Source of the DNA: Patescibacteria group bacterium
Lineage (GTDB): Bacteria; Patescibacteriota; Patescibacteriia; 2-01-FULL-39-33
DNA length: 32,000 nt
Assembly: GCA_041649575.1 (NCBI GenBank)
Contig: JBAZMW010000001.1
Coordinates: 60,001 to 92,000, forward strand
Direction: 5' to 3'
A program made the translations under genes and the position numbers. Position 1 is the first letter of the stretch, and each line of letters opens with the position of its first letter. Under the pieces are notes generated by a model, which saw nothing but the letters and a program-made list of their open reading frames with translations, was not told the DNA's origin and ran no database searches. Below are positions 7,458 through 15,612 of this stretch, piece by piece.

Positions 7458-9512
7458 ATGACTGGTTTAGAAACAAAAGTTAACCAACTCTCGGGCATTG
7501 GCAAGACCATTAGCCTAAGATTGAAAAGATTAGGAATTGAGACCATTGGCGATCTCATTTTTTATTATCCCTTTCGTTATGATGACTTCAGCCAGCTGAC
7601 AACCATTGACCAGCTAAAAAGCGGTTCGGTGACAACGGTTAAGGTAAGAATGGAGTTGCTTGCCAATCGTCGGACATTTAGAAAAAAGAAAATAATTACC
7701 GAAGGCGTAGCCAGCGACAGCACCGGTTCGATAAAAGTTATTTGGTTCAATCAACCCTGGATAGCCAAAAATATCAAAGTGGGCGAAGAGATTTATCTCT
7801 CCGGCAAAGTGGCCGGCAACCTGTTTGATATTTATCTCAATTCGCCACTTTATGAAAGAGCTGCTGCGGCCAACCTTAATACCGCCAGATTGGTGCCAAT
7901 TTATTCGATCACCGAAGGAGTTTCGCAAAAGCAGTTGAGGGCTTTGGTAAAAATAGCTTTGAATTTTGTGGGGAATGTTTCAGATTTTTTGCCCGAAAAA
8001 ATAGTCAAACAAGAAAGGCTATTAAGCCTGCCGCTGGCTTTGAAACAAATTCATTTCCCGGAAAACCACAAAAAACTAGCGGCGGCCAGAACCAGACTAG
8101 CCTTTGAGGAGTTATTCTTATTGCAGCTTTGGTCGCAACTGATAAAGAAAGAGCTGGATCAGAAGACTTCCTGGCCGGTGGTTTTTCAGCGGGAAAAAAT
8201 AAAGGAATTTATTGACGGTCTGGATTTTAAACTGACGACAGACCAAAAAAAAGCTGCTTGGGAAATCATCCAGGACTTGGAGAAGAAGCGGCCGATGAAT
8301 CGTCTGTTAGAAGGCGATGTCGGTTCGGGCAAGACGCTGGTAGCGGCTCTGGCCATCTTTAACACTGCTTTAAACGGCTATCAGAGCGTCTTATTGGCGC
8401 CGACAGAGATTCTGGCCCGGCAGCATTTTCAGACTTTTGATAAATTATTTAAAAATAAAGATTTGAAAATCGGTTTATTAACCAGGAGTAATAAACTAAT
8501 AAACCAAGAAGAAGTCGGTAAAAAGGAATTTTTGGCTCGTTGCCGGGCAGGAAAAATACAGATTATTATTGGGACGCACGCGGTTATCCAAAAAGAAGTG
8601 GCTTTTGCGAAGCTGGCTTTGGCAGTGATTGACGAGCAGCACCGCTTTGGTGTTGATCAGCGTCAGATTTTGAAAAAGCAGTCGGAGAAAACTCCGCATT
8701 TTTTGTCGCTGTCGGCCACCCCTATTCCGCGTTCCTTGGCTTTGATAATTTATGGCAGTCTGGATTTATCAATCATTAAACAGCTGCCGCCAGGCCGCCG
8801 GCCGGTAATTACCAAGGTAGTGGCTCCAGAAAACAGACAGTTGGCCTATGAATTTATCAGCAAAAAAATAACAGAGGGCCGGCAGGTGATGGTGATTTGT
8901 CCGTTGATTGATCCTTCAGATAAACTAGGAGTGCGTTCGGTGACGGAAGAATTTAAAAAGCTGGACCAGGAGGTTTTTCCTCATTTACCAGTAGGGTTGT
9001 TGCACGGCAGACTGAAAGCCAGCAATAAAGAAAAGGTGATGGCCGAATTCGTGGCCGATAAAATAAAAATTCTAGTAGCCACCTCGGTAGTGGAGGTGGG
9101 AGTGGACGTGCCCAATGCCACAGTGATAATGATTGAGGGGGCAGAACGTTTTGGTCTGGCCCAGTTACATCAGTTTCGGGGACGAGTGGGGCGTGGCCGA
9201 GAACAGTCCTATTGTTTTCTTTTCAGTGCTAGCCCGGACCAAGAAACGGCCAAAAGGTTGTCGGCAGTGACGGCAACCAGTGACGGTTTTATACTGGCAC
9301 AAAAAGATTTGCAACTAAGAGGCGCCGGTCAGATCTATGGCTATCGGCAGTCTGGTTTTGACGAGCTTAAAATCGCCAATCTTGATGATTTGCCTTTAAT
9401 AAAAAAAGCCCGTTTCTGGGCAGAAAAGATAATCAACGATGACTGTTTAGATAAATACCCTTTGCTGCTTGAAAAAATCGAAGCCTTGGGGCTCACCAGT
9501 CATTTAGAATAA
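7458..9512 (+). CDS. recG: ATP-dependent DNA helicase RecG
   Basis: 684 aa. N-terminal wedge/OB-like region. Helicase motif I 'GDVGSGKT', motif II 'DEQHRFG', 'LSATPIPRS', 'QLHQFRGRVGRG'. Confidence 0.9.
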   Translation: MTGLETKVNQLSGIGKTISLRLKRLGIETIGDLIFYYPFRYDDFSQLTTIDQLKSGSVTTVKVRMELLANRRTFRKKKIITEGVASDSTGSIKVIWFNQPWIAKNIKVGEEIYLSGKVAGNLFDIYLNSPLYERAAAANLNTARLVPIYSITEGVSQKQLRALVKIALNFVGNVSDFLPEKIVKQERLLSLPLALKQIHFPENHKKLAAARTRLAFEELFLLQLWSQLIKKELDQKTSWPVVFQREKIKEFIDGLDFKLTTDQKKAAWEIIQDLEKKRPMNRLLEGDVGSGKTLVAALAIFNTALNGYQSVLLAPTEILARQHFQTFDKLFKNKDLKIGLLTRSNKLINQEEVGKKEFLARCRAGKIQIIIGTHAVIQKEVAFAKLALAVIDEQHRFGVDQRQILKKQSEKTPHFLSLSATPIPRSLALIIYGSLDLSIIKQLPPGRRPVITKVVAPENRQLAYEFISKKITEGRQVMVICPLIDPSDKLGVRSVTEEFKKLDQEVFPHLPVGLLHGRLKASNKEKVMAEFVADKIKILVATSVVEVGVDVPNATVIMIEGAERFGLAQLHQFRGRVGRGREQSYCFLFSASPDQETAKRLSAVTATSDGFILAQKDLQLRGAGQIYGYRQSGFDELKIANLDDLPLIKKARFWAEKIINDDCLDKYPLLLEKIEALGLTSHLE

Positions 9513-9527
9513 AAAAATAATCAATTA

Positions 9528-9557
9528 TTGACAAAAAATAAACAGGGGAGTTATAAT
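9528..9557 (+). promoter_or_regulatory. Consensus sigma70-type promoter (TTGACA-18 nt-TATAAT)
   Basis: TTGACA at 9528-9533 and TATAAT at 9552-9557, both perfect hexamers, located 16 nt after the recG stop. Confidence 0.6.
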
Positions 9558-9668
9558 AAAATCACTCGTTCTTTCGATGATTGCCTGGCGAAAGGAGGTC
9601 AACCGGCTTTAAAGGCGATTTGTGAAAGAATAACGGTAGGGTTCATACAACAGGAGGAGAATGGTGGC

Positions 9669-9881
9669 ATGGAGACACGGGTGGTAAAAGCGGTGGAGCT
9701 GGCAACAGCAACGGCGGTGGTTTGCTCTGTTCGGGGCTGCGAGAATCGGCTCAACAGAGACAGGGCTGAACTCCTGCAGAGGCATGGGCTGAATTTGACC
9801 TGTGTACACTGCCAGGAGAAGATAGAGGCCGGCGCCTCGCACTTCTTCCAGGGCGGCGAGATCGTCCTCGCGCGGACATAG
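9669..9881 (+). CDS. Small Cys4 zinc-ribbon protein (70 aa), loosely TraR/DksA-C4-like
   Basis: AGGAGG at 9652-9657 lies upstream of ATG 9669. 'CSVRGC-x21-CVHCQ' resembles the TraR/DksA finger 'CxxC-x(17-21)-CxxCQ', but with Cx4C. The region is GC-rich, so ORFs are open on both strands and coding is not certain. Confidence 0.4.
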   Translation: METRVVKAVELATATAVVCSVRGCENRLNRDRAELLQRHGLNLTCVHCQEKIEAGASHFFQGGEIVLART

Positions 9882-9905
9882 AGGATGGTCGAAAAGCATG
9901 CTCGT

Positions 9906-9952
9906 GACGGCTGTCGGACCGGCAAGGTTCGCGGCCGTCGTTTTTTTGTTTT
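9906..9952 (+). terminator. Rho-independent terminator
   Basis: GC-rich hairpin gacggc..(cggacc ggcaa ggttcg)..gccgtc followed by tttttttgtttt. Confidence 0.7.
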
Positions 9953-9957
9953 ATCTC

Positions 9958-9985
9958 TTGACAGCAATCAGAAAATTGTTATAAT
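9958..9985 (+). promoter_or_regulatory. Second consensus sigma70-type promoter (TTGACA-16 nt-TATAAT)
   Basis: TTGACA at 9958-9963 and TATAAT at 9980-9985, immediately after the terminator. Confidence 0.55.
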
Positions 9986-10073
9986 TCATCTTAAGTAGAC
10001 AGTTGTTCCTTGGTCTGGTTCCTTTGGGGGAGCCAGTTGGCTGCGAGTTCAAATAGGATAGGAGTACATTGAG

Positions 10074-10235
10074 ATGAAGATGAGGCTGACACCGCCAGAT
10101 AAGGAAATTATGGAGATACTGGCGGCCCACAAGGGCGGCCATATCACGGTGACGGAGGCAAGCCAGATGCTGAAGACGAAAGTAGGCTTGCCGGCGTCCT
10201 CACGAGAGAAGGAGCACCAGGCTCTGTGCAACTAG
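10074..10235 (+). CDS. Small HTH-like protein (53 aa); not in the supplied ORF track because it is under 60 aa
   Basis: My own translation: MKMRLTPPDKEIMEILAAHKGGHITVTEASQMLKTKVGLPASSREKEHQALCN. 'aggag' lies 9 nt upstream of the ATG. 'LTPPDKEIMEIL...ITVTEASQML' looks like a helix-turn-helix. Confidence 0.35.
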   Translation: MKMRLTPPDKEIMEILAAHKGGHITVTEASQMLKTKVGLPASSREKEHQALCN

Positions 10236-10295
10236 AGCCCTACTAGCGAGCCAGCGAGCGTCCCCAGGTTAGGAACGAGGTCTTCTGATGCGATG

Positions 10296-11648
10296 TTATT
10301 GCGTTGGAAGCCTCTTTTTTTTGCCGATAATTTTAACAAGCTCTCTGATATCACTAATAGAAACAACCCTTGTTTTATTAGTAGCAGCACCCTTGTTTGG
10401 CGGGGAGACGATTTTCTCGAAGTTAAGCTTGAGGGCTTCAGAGATAATTTTTTCCATTTGCGGTACCGATCGAATTTCGCCGGCCAGGCCCAGCTCGCCA
10501 AAAATCAAGAGCCCAGGGCTAACAGGCAGTTCTAAAAAGGCAGAAATTATAGCGGTAGCAACCGCTAAATCCACACCAGGGTCTTTTATTTTCAAACCGC
10601 CGGCAATATTTAGGTAAATATCCTGGTTATTAAGGTTGAGTTTGGCTATTTTGGAAATCACGGCAATAATTAACTGCAGACGATTAAGATCAAAGCCGGC
10701 AGCTTTTCTTTGGGGATAGCCAAAAACAGTTTTGGTGACCAGCGCCTGCACCTCTAGAAAAAACGGCCGTTGACCTTCTATCACTGCGGTGACAACCGCA
10801 CCAGTGGCCGGATAATTTTCTTTTTCCAAAAATACTTGTGAGGGATTGCTGACTTCTTTCAGGCCAAGGTCGGTCATTTCAAAAACGCCTATTTCTCCAG
10901 TGGAGCCAAAGCGATTTTTACTGCTGCACAAAATTTTATAAAAATTTTGGTTGTCATTTTCCAAATACAGGACGGTATCGACCAGGTGTTCCAAGCTCTT
11001 AGGTCCGGCGACCAGCCCTTCTTTGGTGACGTGGCCGATAATGATGATAGGGATGCCAGATTTTTTGGCCACTTCCAGCAGCTGACTGGTAATGGAGATA
11101 ATTTGCGCGGCCGAGCCCAGATTAGAGGCGGGATCATGAAAACGCATAGTCTGGATAGAATCAACAATAGCCAGTTCCGGCTTGACTTCTTCGATGGTGG
11201 CGATGATTTTACCGATGTCGGTCTGGGCCAAAAAACGCAGATTATTAAGATCCAGGTTGATTCTTTGGGCTCGAATCTTTACTTGATTGCCGGACTCCTC
11301 GCCGGAGACATAAAGAACATTTTTTAATTTATCGGAGATTTGCAGGCAGAGGGTCGATTTGCCAACGCCCGGATCGCCGCCGATCAAGATCAGAGACCCC
11401 TTGACTATGCCGCCTCCTAAAACCCGGTCCAACTCTTGAATTTTAGTAGAGAGTCTGGCCTGACTGATGTCGGGCAATTGCTTCAGATCTATTGGTTGGT
11501 CAGGCGCGGTTTTGGGCGTTTTTTTATCGTTGTTTTCAACGGCTTGCTCCTGAATGGTTCCCCAAGAGCCGCATTCCAAACAGCGCCCTTGCCACTTGGG
11601 ATATTGGGCGCCGCATTTGAGGCAGGAATAAATTAAGCTATGGGCCAT
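10296..11648 (-). CDS. radA: DNA repair protein RadA/Sms
   Basis: N-terminal Zn finger 'CLKCGAQYPKWQGRCLECGSWGT'. Walker A 'GGDPGVGKSTL'. 'KNRFG' motif. Lon-like C-terminal domain. Confidence 0.9.
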   Translation of the reverse strand: MAHSLIYSCLKCGAQYPKWQGRCLECGSWGTIQEQAVENNDKKTPKTAPDQPIDLKQLPDISQARLSTKIQELDRVLGGGIVKGSLILIGGDPGVGKSTLCLQISDKLKNVLYVSGEESGNQVKIRAQRINLDLNNLRFLAQTDIGKIIATIEEVKPELAIVDSIQTMRFHDPASNLGSAAQIISITSQLLEVAKKSGIPIIIIGHVTKEGLVAGPKSLEHLVDTVLYLENDNQNFYKILCSSKNRFGSTGEIGVFEMTDLGLKEVSNPSQVFLEKENYPATGAVVTAVIEGQRPFFLEVQALVTKTVFGYPQRKAAGFDLNRLQLIIAVISKIAKLNLNNQDIYLNIAGGLKIKDPGVDLAVATAIISAFLELPVSPGLLIFGELGLAGEIRSVPQMEKIISEALKLNFEKIVSPPNKGAATNKTRVVSISDIRELVKIIGKKKRLPTQ

Positions 11649-11649
11649 A

Positions 11650-12435
11650 TTATTTTAGGTAACATTGGCAGGAGTAAGTATTAATGGTGTCTCCATTTTT
11701 TGGGGCGTGGGTGTAGACCAGGTTAGCGTATCTTTCAGAGCACCAAGAGAAGCAGAGTTGATCGGCGGCCTCCTGACTGTTAGCTTTAATGTCGGTGGGG
11801 CCATTACGATAATTCAGAGTAGTCGCTTTGTCACGGCAAAAACAGGACCATAAATTAGGACTACTGCCTTGCTCTACACGTTCAAACTCCTGGTTGTTGT
11901 TAGAACATTGGTTTTGGCATTGTTTTTCGGCTTCTTCTTTACTACCGGTAGAAGCTAAGCCGACTGGCTGGGTGCTGGCAGTGGGGGTTGTAACACTGTC
12001 TAAATGCGGCATCGTTATCACTGTCAGCTTGGGATTGATCAAATACAAAATAGTGAAAGACAAAAAAGCCAAGACCAGACCAATCAAGGCGGAGATAATA
12101 ATCTCTTTGGCCTGTCCGATCTCGGAACTATTGCCTCGAGAAGCCAGCCACTTGAATCCGCCCCACATCACCATCACCGCCGCCAAGACTCCCACGGCGC
12201 CGATGATTAGACGATACCAAATATTAAAGTAAGTGCCCAAGATGTTAGCATCGGTGACATTAAATTCTTTGGCCATATTGCCGAGAGGCACATTAAGGCA
12301 AACTTTTCCTGCTGGGCAAGAGCCGGCGGCTCCGGAGGCGGCTGCCGGAGTTTCTCCGGGGGTAGCTCCCAAAGCCAGAAGAGGAGCAGTAAAAAACAAG
12401 ACAACCAAAAATAAGATTATTATATTTTTTTTCAT
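11650..12435 (-). CDS. VirB2/TrbC-like T4SS pilin with a Cys-rich C-terminal ectodomain
   Basis: Signal peptide 'MKKNIIILFLVVLFFTAPLLALGA'. Two hydrophobic helices flank a short basic loop ('GAVGVLAAVMVMWGGFKWLASRGNSSEIGQAKEIIISALIGLVLAFLSFTILYLI'). The C-terminal ~95 aa contain 10 Cys. Confidence 0.55.
   Translation of the reverse strand: MKKNIIILFLVVLFFTAPLLALGATPGETPAAASGAAGSCPAGKVCLNVPLGNMAKEFNVTDANILGTYFNIWYRLIIGAVGVLAAVMVMWGGFKWLASRGNSSEIGQAKEIIISALIGLVLAFLSFTILYLINPKLTVITMPHLDSVTTPTASTQPVGLASTGSKEEAEKQCQNQCSNNNQEFERVEQGSSPNLWSCFCRDKATTLNYRNGPTDIKANSQEAADQLCFSWCSERYANLVYTHAPKNGDTINTYSCQCYLK
12002..12212. repeat. 211-bp near-identical segment, copy 1 (pilin core)
   Basis: By hand alignment, 208 of 211 positions are identical to 13054-13264. 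The three differences are all transitions and all synonymous. Confidence 0.95.
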
Positions 12436-12449
12436 TTTATTGGCGGTTT

Positions 12450-13631
12450 TTAGAGACAGGACGTTTGCGCCCGATTAATGAACTGTTGTTCGCCATCGGC
12501 GCTTTCTAAAATATTGGCGTTACTGTTGATTCGGCTGGATACCCCCATACCCGGATCGGTTTTGAAAAAATTAAGGTAGTTGGTCCTCATATATTGGGCG
12601 GCTCCCGCTCGATCGCCAGCCCGGATTCTAGAAGCGGTTTCACTTAAAAATACTGAATTAGGACCAAATTGATAAGCGGTGTCTGCTAAAACCGCTTTAG
12701 CCTGGGGATCAAGTCTCTCCCAGCCGTCGCCATAAGCGTTGGCCGCTCCCGGCCAATAGGTATTATTGTAATTATTCCAAAACCAATTTTTTTCCGTTTC
12801 ATAATCGACAGAATTCGGCCTTTGGTCGCTATTATGCCCAAAGCCATAAGTATAGCCGTGCAGGTCGGCATAAGGAGTGCTGTTGTATCCCTCATAAGAA
12901 GCGGTAAAGGCATGATAATAATCAACGCCACCGGCGGTTTCTGAGCAAGGAACTTTGGCTTGGGAGTAATATGGCCCTGGCAGACCGTTTGGGTCGACAG
13001 ATAAAGAGATGCCTCTGGGAACAAGGTTGGTATGAACAACCTGCACACTATCCAAATGCGGCATCGTTATCACTGTCAGCTTGGGATTGATCAAATACAA
13101 AATAGTGAAAGACAAAAAAGCCAAGACTAGACCAATCAAGGCGGAGATAATAATTTCTTTAGCCTGTCCGATCTCGGAACTATTGCCTCGAGAAGCCAGC
13201 CACTTGAATCCGCCCCACATCACCATCACCGCCGCCAAGACTCCCACGGCGCCGATGATTAGACTAAACCAAACAGCAAGGTAGTCTTCCAGGCCAGAGG
13301 CGGTAGTTTTGGAGCCAAGAGGCACATTAAGCTTAATACTGATTGATCCTTTTGATTCTTCGGAATTAATTCCGACAGGGCCGCTGAATTGATCGAGAGT
13401 TTCTCCGGCGGCCAAGAAGGAGCGACAGCCTTGCTGGCAGGTTATCAAGAGAGAATCGTTGGCCGCCCTGGCCAGGCCCTGATTTTCCCTGTTTCCATAA
13501 TCCGTGTAACATTGGTTGACGCAGTCGGTGTATTTTGTTTTGTCGGCCAAAACATTTTTTGGCAACAAGCTGATGGCCAAGAGGATAATCGCAGGCAAAA
13601 TTATTCTTAACAGTTGTCGTTTGGTGATCAT
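12450..13631 (-). CDS. VirB2/TrbC-like pilin core fused to a C-terminal GH24-like lysozyme domain
   Basis: Signal/anchor 'LRIILPAIILLAISLL', then a Cys-containing N-domain. The pilin core is identical to that of the neighbouring gene. Then 'SYEGYNSTPYADLHGYTYGFGHN...LDPQAKAVLADTAYQFG', resembling the phage lysozyme signature E-G-x5-Y-x-D-xx-G-x-T-x-G-x-G-H. Confidence 0.55.
   Translation of the reverse strand: MITKRQLLRIILPAIILLAISLLPKNVLADKTKYTDCVNQCYTDYGNRENQGLARAANDSLLITCQQGCRSFLAAGETLDQFSGPVGINSEESKGSISIKLNVPLGSKTTASGLEDYLAVWFSLIIGAVGVLAAVMVMWGGFKWLASRGNSSEIGQAKEIIISALIGLVLAFLSFTILYLINPKLTVITMPHLDSVQVVHTNLVPRGISLSVDPNGLPGPYYSQAKVPCSETAGGVDYYHAFTASYEGYNSTPYADLHGYTYGFGHNSDQRPNSVDYETEKNWFWNNYNNTYWPGAANAYGDGWERLDPQAKAVLADTAYQFGPNSVFLSETASRIRAGDRAGAAQYMRTNYLNFFKTDPGMGVSSRINSNANILESADGEQQFINRAQTSCL
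13054..13264. repeat. 211-bp near-identical segment, copy 2 (pilin core)
   Basis: Same evidence as copy 1. Flanking sequence on both sides is unrelated, apart from a short 'agaggcacattaag' match upstream in gene orientation. Confidence 0.95.
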
Positions 13632-14350
13632 CGGTTTAGTTCTATTTTGATAATGTTTTCGAAATCGGCCAAAGAAGCTTGTCCGGAGAGCTCCTGGCTG
13701 TTGATATAAAAATGAGGCGTACCAGTAAGCAGGAGCTCATCGGCTTCCTGGACATCTTGCTCAATTAGCTTTTCAATATTTTTGTCTGTTAAACAATCAG
13801 AAAAAAGTTTTTCATTTAAATTCAGTTTTTGGGCTAGCGCCAGAAGATTTTTTGCAGAAAAATTTTTTTGGTTTTGCCACAACAGATCGCTGTAGGCCCA
13901 AAATTTATTTTGTTGCCCAGCGCAGCGGGCGGCTTGATGGGCCAGATAAGAATCTTCTACTCCCGAAAAAGGCAGGTCTTTCCAAACTAGCCTGACCTGA
14001 TCCGGATATTTTTCAATAATTTTTTTCAACACATTTTGGGTGGCAGCGCCGTATTCGCAGGAGAAACTGGAAAATTCGAAAATGGTTATTGGCGCATTAG
14101 GATTGCCCAAAATTGGCGCTTGGGCTTTCATTTTTGGCTCTAGGAGTTTTTGTTCGGGCACATAACTGACCAAGCCATTGTCGATCACTGCTTTTTGTCC
14201 GGTAAGGGCTGCCGGGGCCGTGTTTTTTAATGCCGTCTGGGTTTTTTGCCGGGAGACGGAGGCCAAAGACAGCAAAAAGAAAGACACAATTATTATCGCC
14301 AAAATAACGAGAATACCTTTGAGATAGTCGGGAGTTTTATTTCTTGGCAT
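13628..14350 (-). CDS. Membrane-anchored DsbA/thioredoxin-fold protein with a CxxG (CEYG) site
   Basis: N-terminal TM 'GILVILAIIIVSFFLLSLA'. DsbA-family layout: 'ITIFEFSSFSCEYGAATQ...VRLVWKDLPF...HQAARCAGQQNKFWAYSDLLW...TGTPHFYIN'. Its stop overlaps the downstream pilin gene start by 4 nt (ATGA). Confidence 0.7.
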   Translation of the reverse strand: MPRNKTPDYLKGILVILAIIIVSFFLLSLASVSRQKTQTALKNTAPAALTGQKAVIDNGLVSYVPEQKLLEPKMKAQAPILGNPNAPITIFEFSSFSCEYGAATQNVLKKIIEKYPDQVRLVWKDLPFSGVEDSYLAHQAARCAGQQNKFWAYSDLLWQNQKNFSAKNLLALAQKLNLNEKLFSDCLTDKNIEKLIEQDVQEADELLLTGTPHFYINSQELSGQASLADFENIIKIELNR

Positions 14351-14355
14351 CAGTT

Positions 14356-15594
14356 TTAGATCTTAACTTTGTAAATTTTTTTGGTATTATTGTCGGTGAA
14401 GAAAAGCGAATGAGTATCGGTGCTGATGATTAGCTGACCAATGGAATGATAGCCGTCGGGATTGGCAATAATTTTTTTCGATCCGGTACGCAGATCGATT
14501 TCATAAATTTGGTCGTTGACCTCATTGGCTACCTCCGGATCCAGGCCGACTCCGGCCGGAGGGTTAATGGGAACAGCGCAGAACAGGCGGTCATTGCCGC
14601 TAAAGGCGCATTTATTAGCCCAGGTAGTCAGGTCTAATTTGAGCCGGTTTTCGCCAATCGCTCCGGGCGTGGCTTCGGAAATCCAAAGTTCCGGCTTATA
14701 ATCGTTGTCGGAACTGTAGACGCTGTAGAGTATTCTTTGGCCGTCGGGCGACCATTTCCCTTGAAAGCCGCGGCCCTCCACAATCATCAGTTTGAAATTT
14801 TCATTATTTAGGCCAATAAAATAGACTTCGGAACGATTAGCGTCTTTGCCTTGAGTAAAGGTGGCCACCATCTGGTTGTTGGGCGACCAGTTGGAGTCGA
14901 ATTTATCTTCCACGCCGCCGATTCTTTCCAGGGTTTTGCTTTGCGAACCGTCATAGTTGGCAACTGCCAAAAAACGATTTTCTGGATCCAGGGCCAAGCT
15001 TTTGAAAACCAGCTTTTCGTCATTGGGGGAGAAAGAAAAATCTTCCCAATGGTTGGGCAGAGTCAGTTGCTTCTTGTTTTTGAAATCATAAACAATATTG
15101 GAGCCGTCCGGATATTCTAAAACGGCCTTTTCCAAGTTGTTAGACCAGCTGACATTCTTGACGTTATAGAAAATTTTGTCGCTGAATTCGCTGATTTTGC
15201 CGTCGAGAGAAAGGCGATAGAATTTGCCGGTTTTAGGATCATAATAGACCAGCTCGCCGTTTTGGGAACTGGAAACAAAATAAGCGTTATCCTTGCTTAC
15301 CAATTCGGTTTCATTGGTTGGGGCAGTGGTTGGTTCGAGAGTGGTTGCCGGGGTTTTGCCGTTGACGTTCTCGGTTGTCGGTAATTGGCCGTTAGCATCA
15401 ACAGTATAAATTTTGCCGTTAATATTCACAGTTAGCGGCAAGCGGCCATTAGCATTGGCATTAGTATTAATATTGGCGTTGGTTGGCGGCACAAAAAAAC
15501 TGCGGAAAAAAAAGTAATAAAGAAAAAAGCCAAACAAGGCAATCGCGACAATAAAAAGAAGGATGATCCCTATTTTTTTCCAATCCAGTTCCAT
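14356..15594 (-). CDS. N-terminally anchored PD40/TolB-like beta-propeller protein
   Basis: TM 'IGIILLFIVAIALFGFFLYYFFF'. Repeated PD40-like motifs: 'FSPNDEKLVF', 'WSPNNQMVAT', 'WSPDGQRILYSV'. Confidence 0.6.
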   Translation of the reverse strand: MELDWKKIGIILLFIVAIALFGFFLYYFFFRSFFVPPTNANINTNANANGRLPLTVNINGKIYTVDANGQLPTTENVNGKTPATTLEPTTAPTNETELVSKDNAYFVSSSQNGELVYYDPKTGKFYRLSLDGKISEFSDKIFYNVKNVSWSNNLEKAVLEYPDGSNIVYDFKNKKQLTLPNHWEDFSFSPNDEKLVFKSLALDPENRFLAVANYDGSQSKTLERIGGVEDKFDSNWSPNNQMVATFTQGKDANRSEVYFIGLNNENFKLMIVEGRGFQGKWSPDGQRILYSVYSSDNDYKPELWISEATPGAIGENRLKLDLTTWANKCAFSGNDRLFCAVPINPPAGVGLDPEVANEVNDQIYEIDLRTGSKKIIANPDGYHSIGQLIISTDTHSLFFTDNNTKKIYKVKI

Positions 15595-15612
15595 GGTTGT
15601 TTAAATTATTTT

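Noticed and set aside
9528-9881. Listed 117-aa ORF starting at 9528
   Set aside because: Its 'start' is the TTG of the TTGACA -35 hexamer, and the first 47 codons span the promoter and leader. Only the distal part from ATG 9669, which has an upstream AGGAGG, is a plausible CDS.
9560-9955. The ~390-nt promoter-to-terminator unit as RNase P RNA, tmRNA or SRP RNA
   Set aside because: I could not find the conserved RNase P elements (GAGGAAAGUCCGGGC / ACAGAAnnCGGCUUA). Nor did I find a tmRNA tRNA-like 3' end with a T arm and a tag-peptide ORF ending in ..AA-stop, or the SRP GGAAG/AGCA domain IV motifs. Size alone is not evidence.
9599-9967. Antisense ORFs of 122 aa and 96 aa in the GC-rich island
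   Set aside because: The translations are low-complexity and Ser/Arg/Cys/Pro-rich. They run through the plus-strand terminator and promoter. Open frames on both strands are expected from the high GC content alone.
12002-13264. The 211-bp repeat pair as a DGR template/variable repeat pair
   Set aside because: The three mismatches are C/T, C/T and G/A transitions and are synonymous, not adenine-specific. No reverse transcriptase is present in the window. Both copies lie in the conserved TM core rather than a ligand-binding tip.
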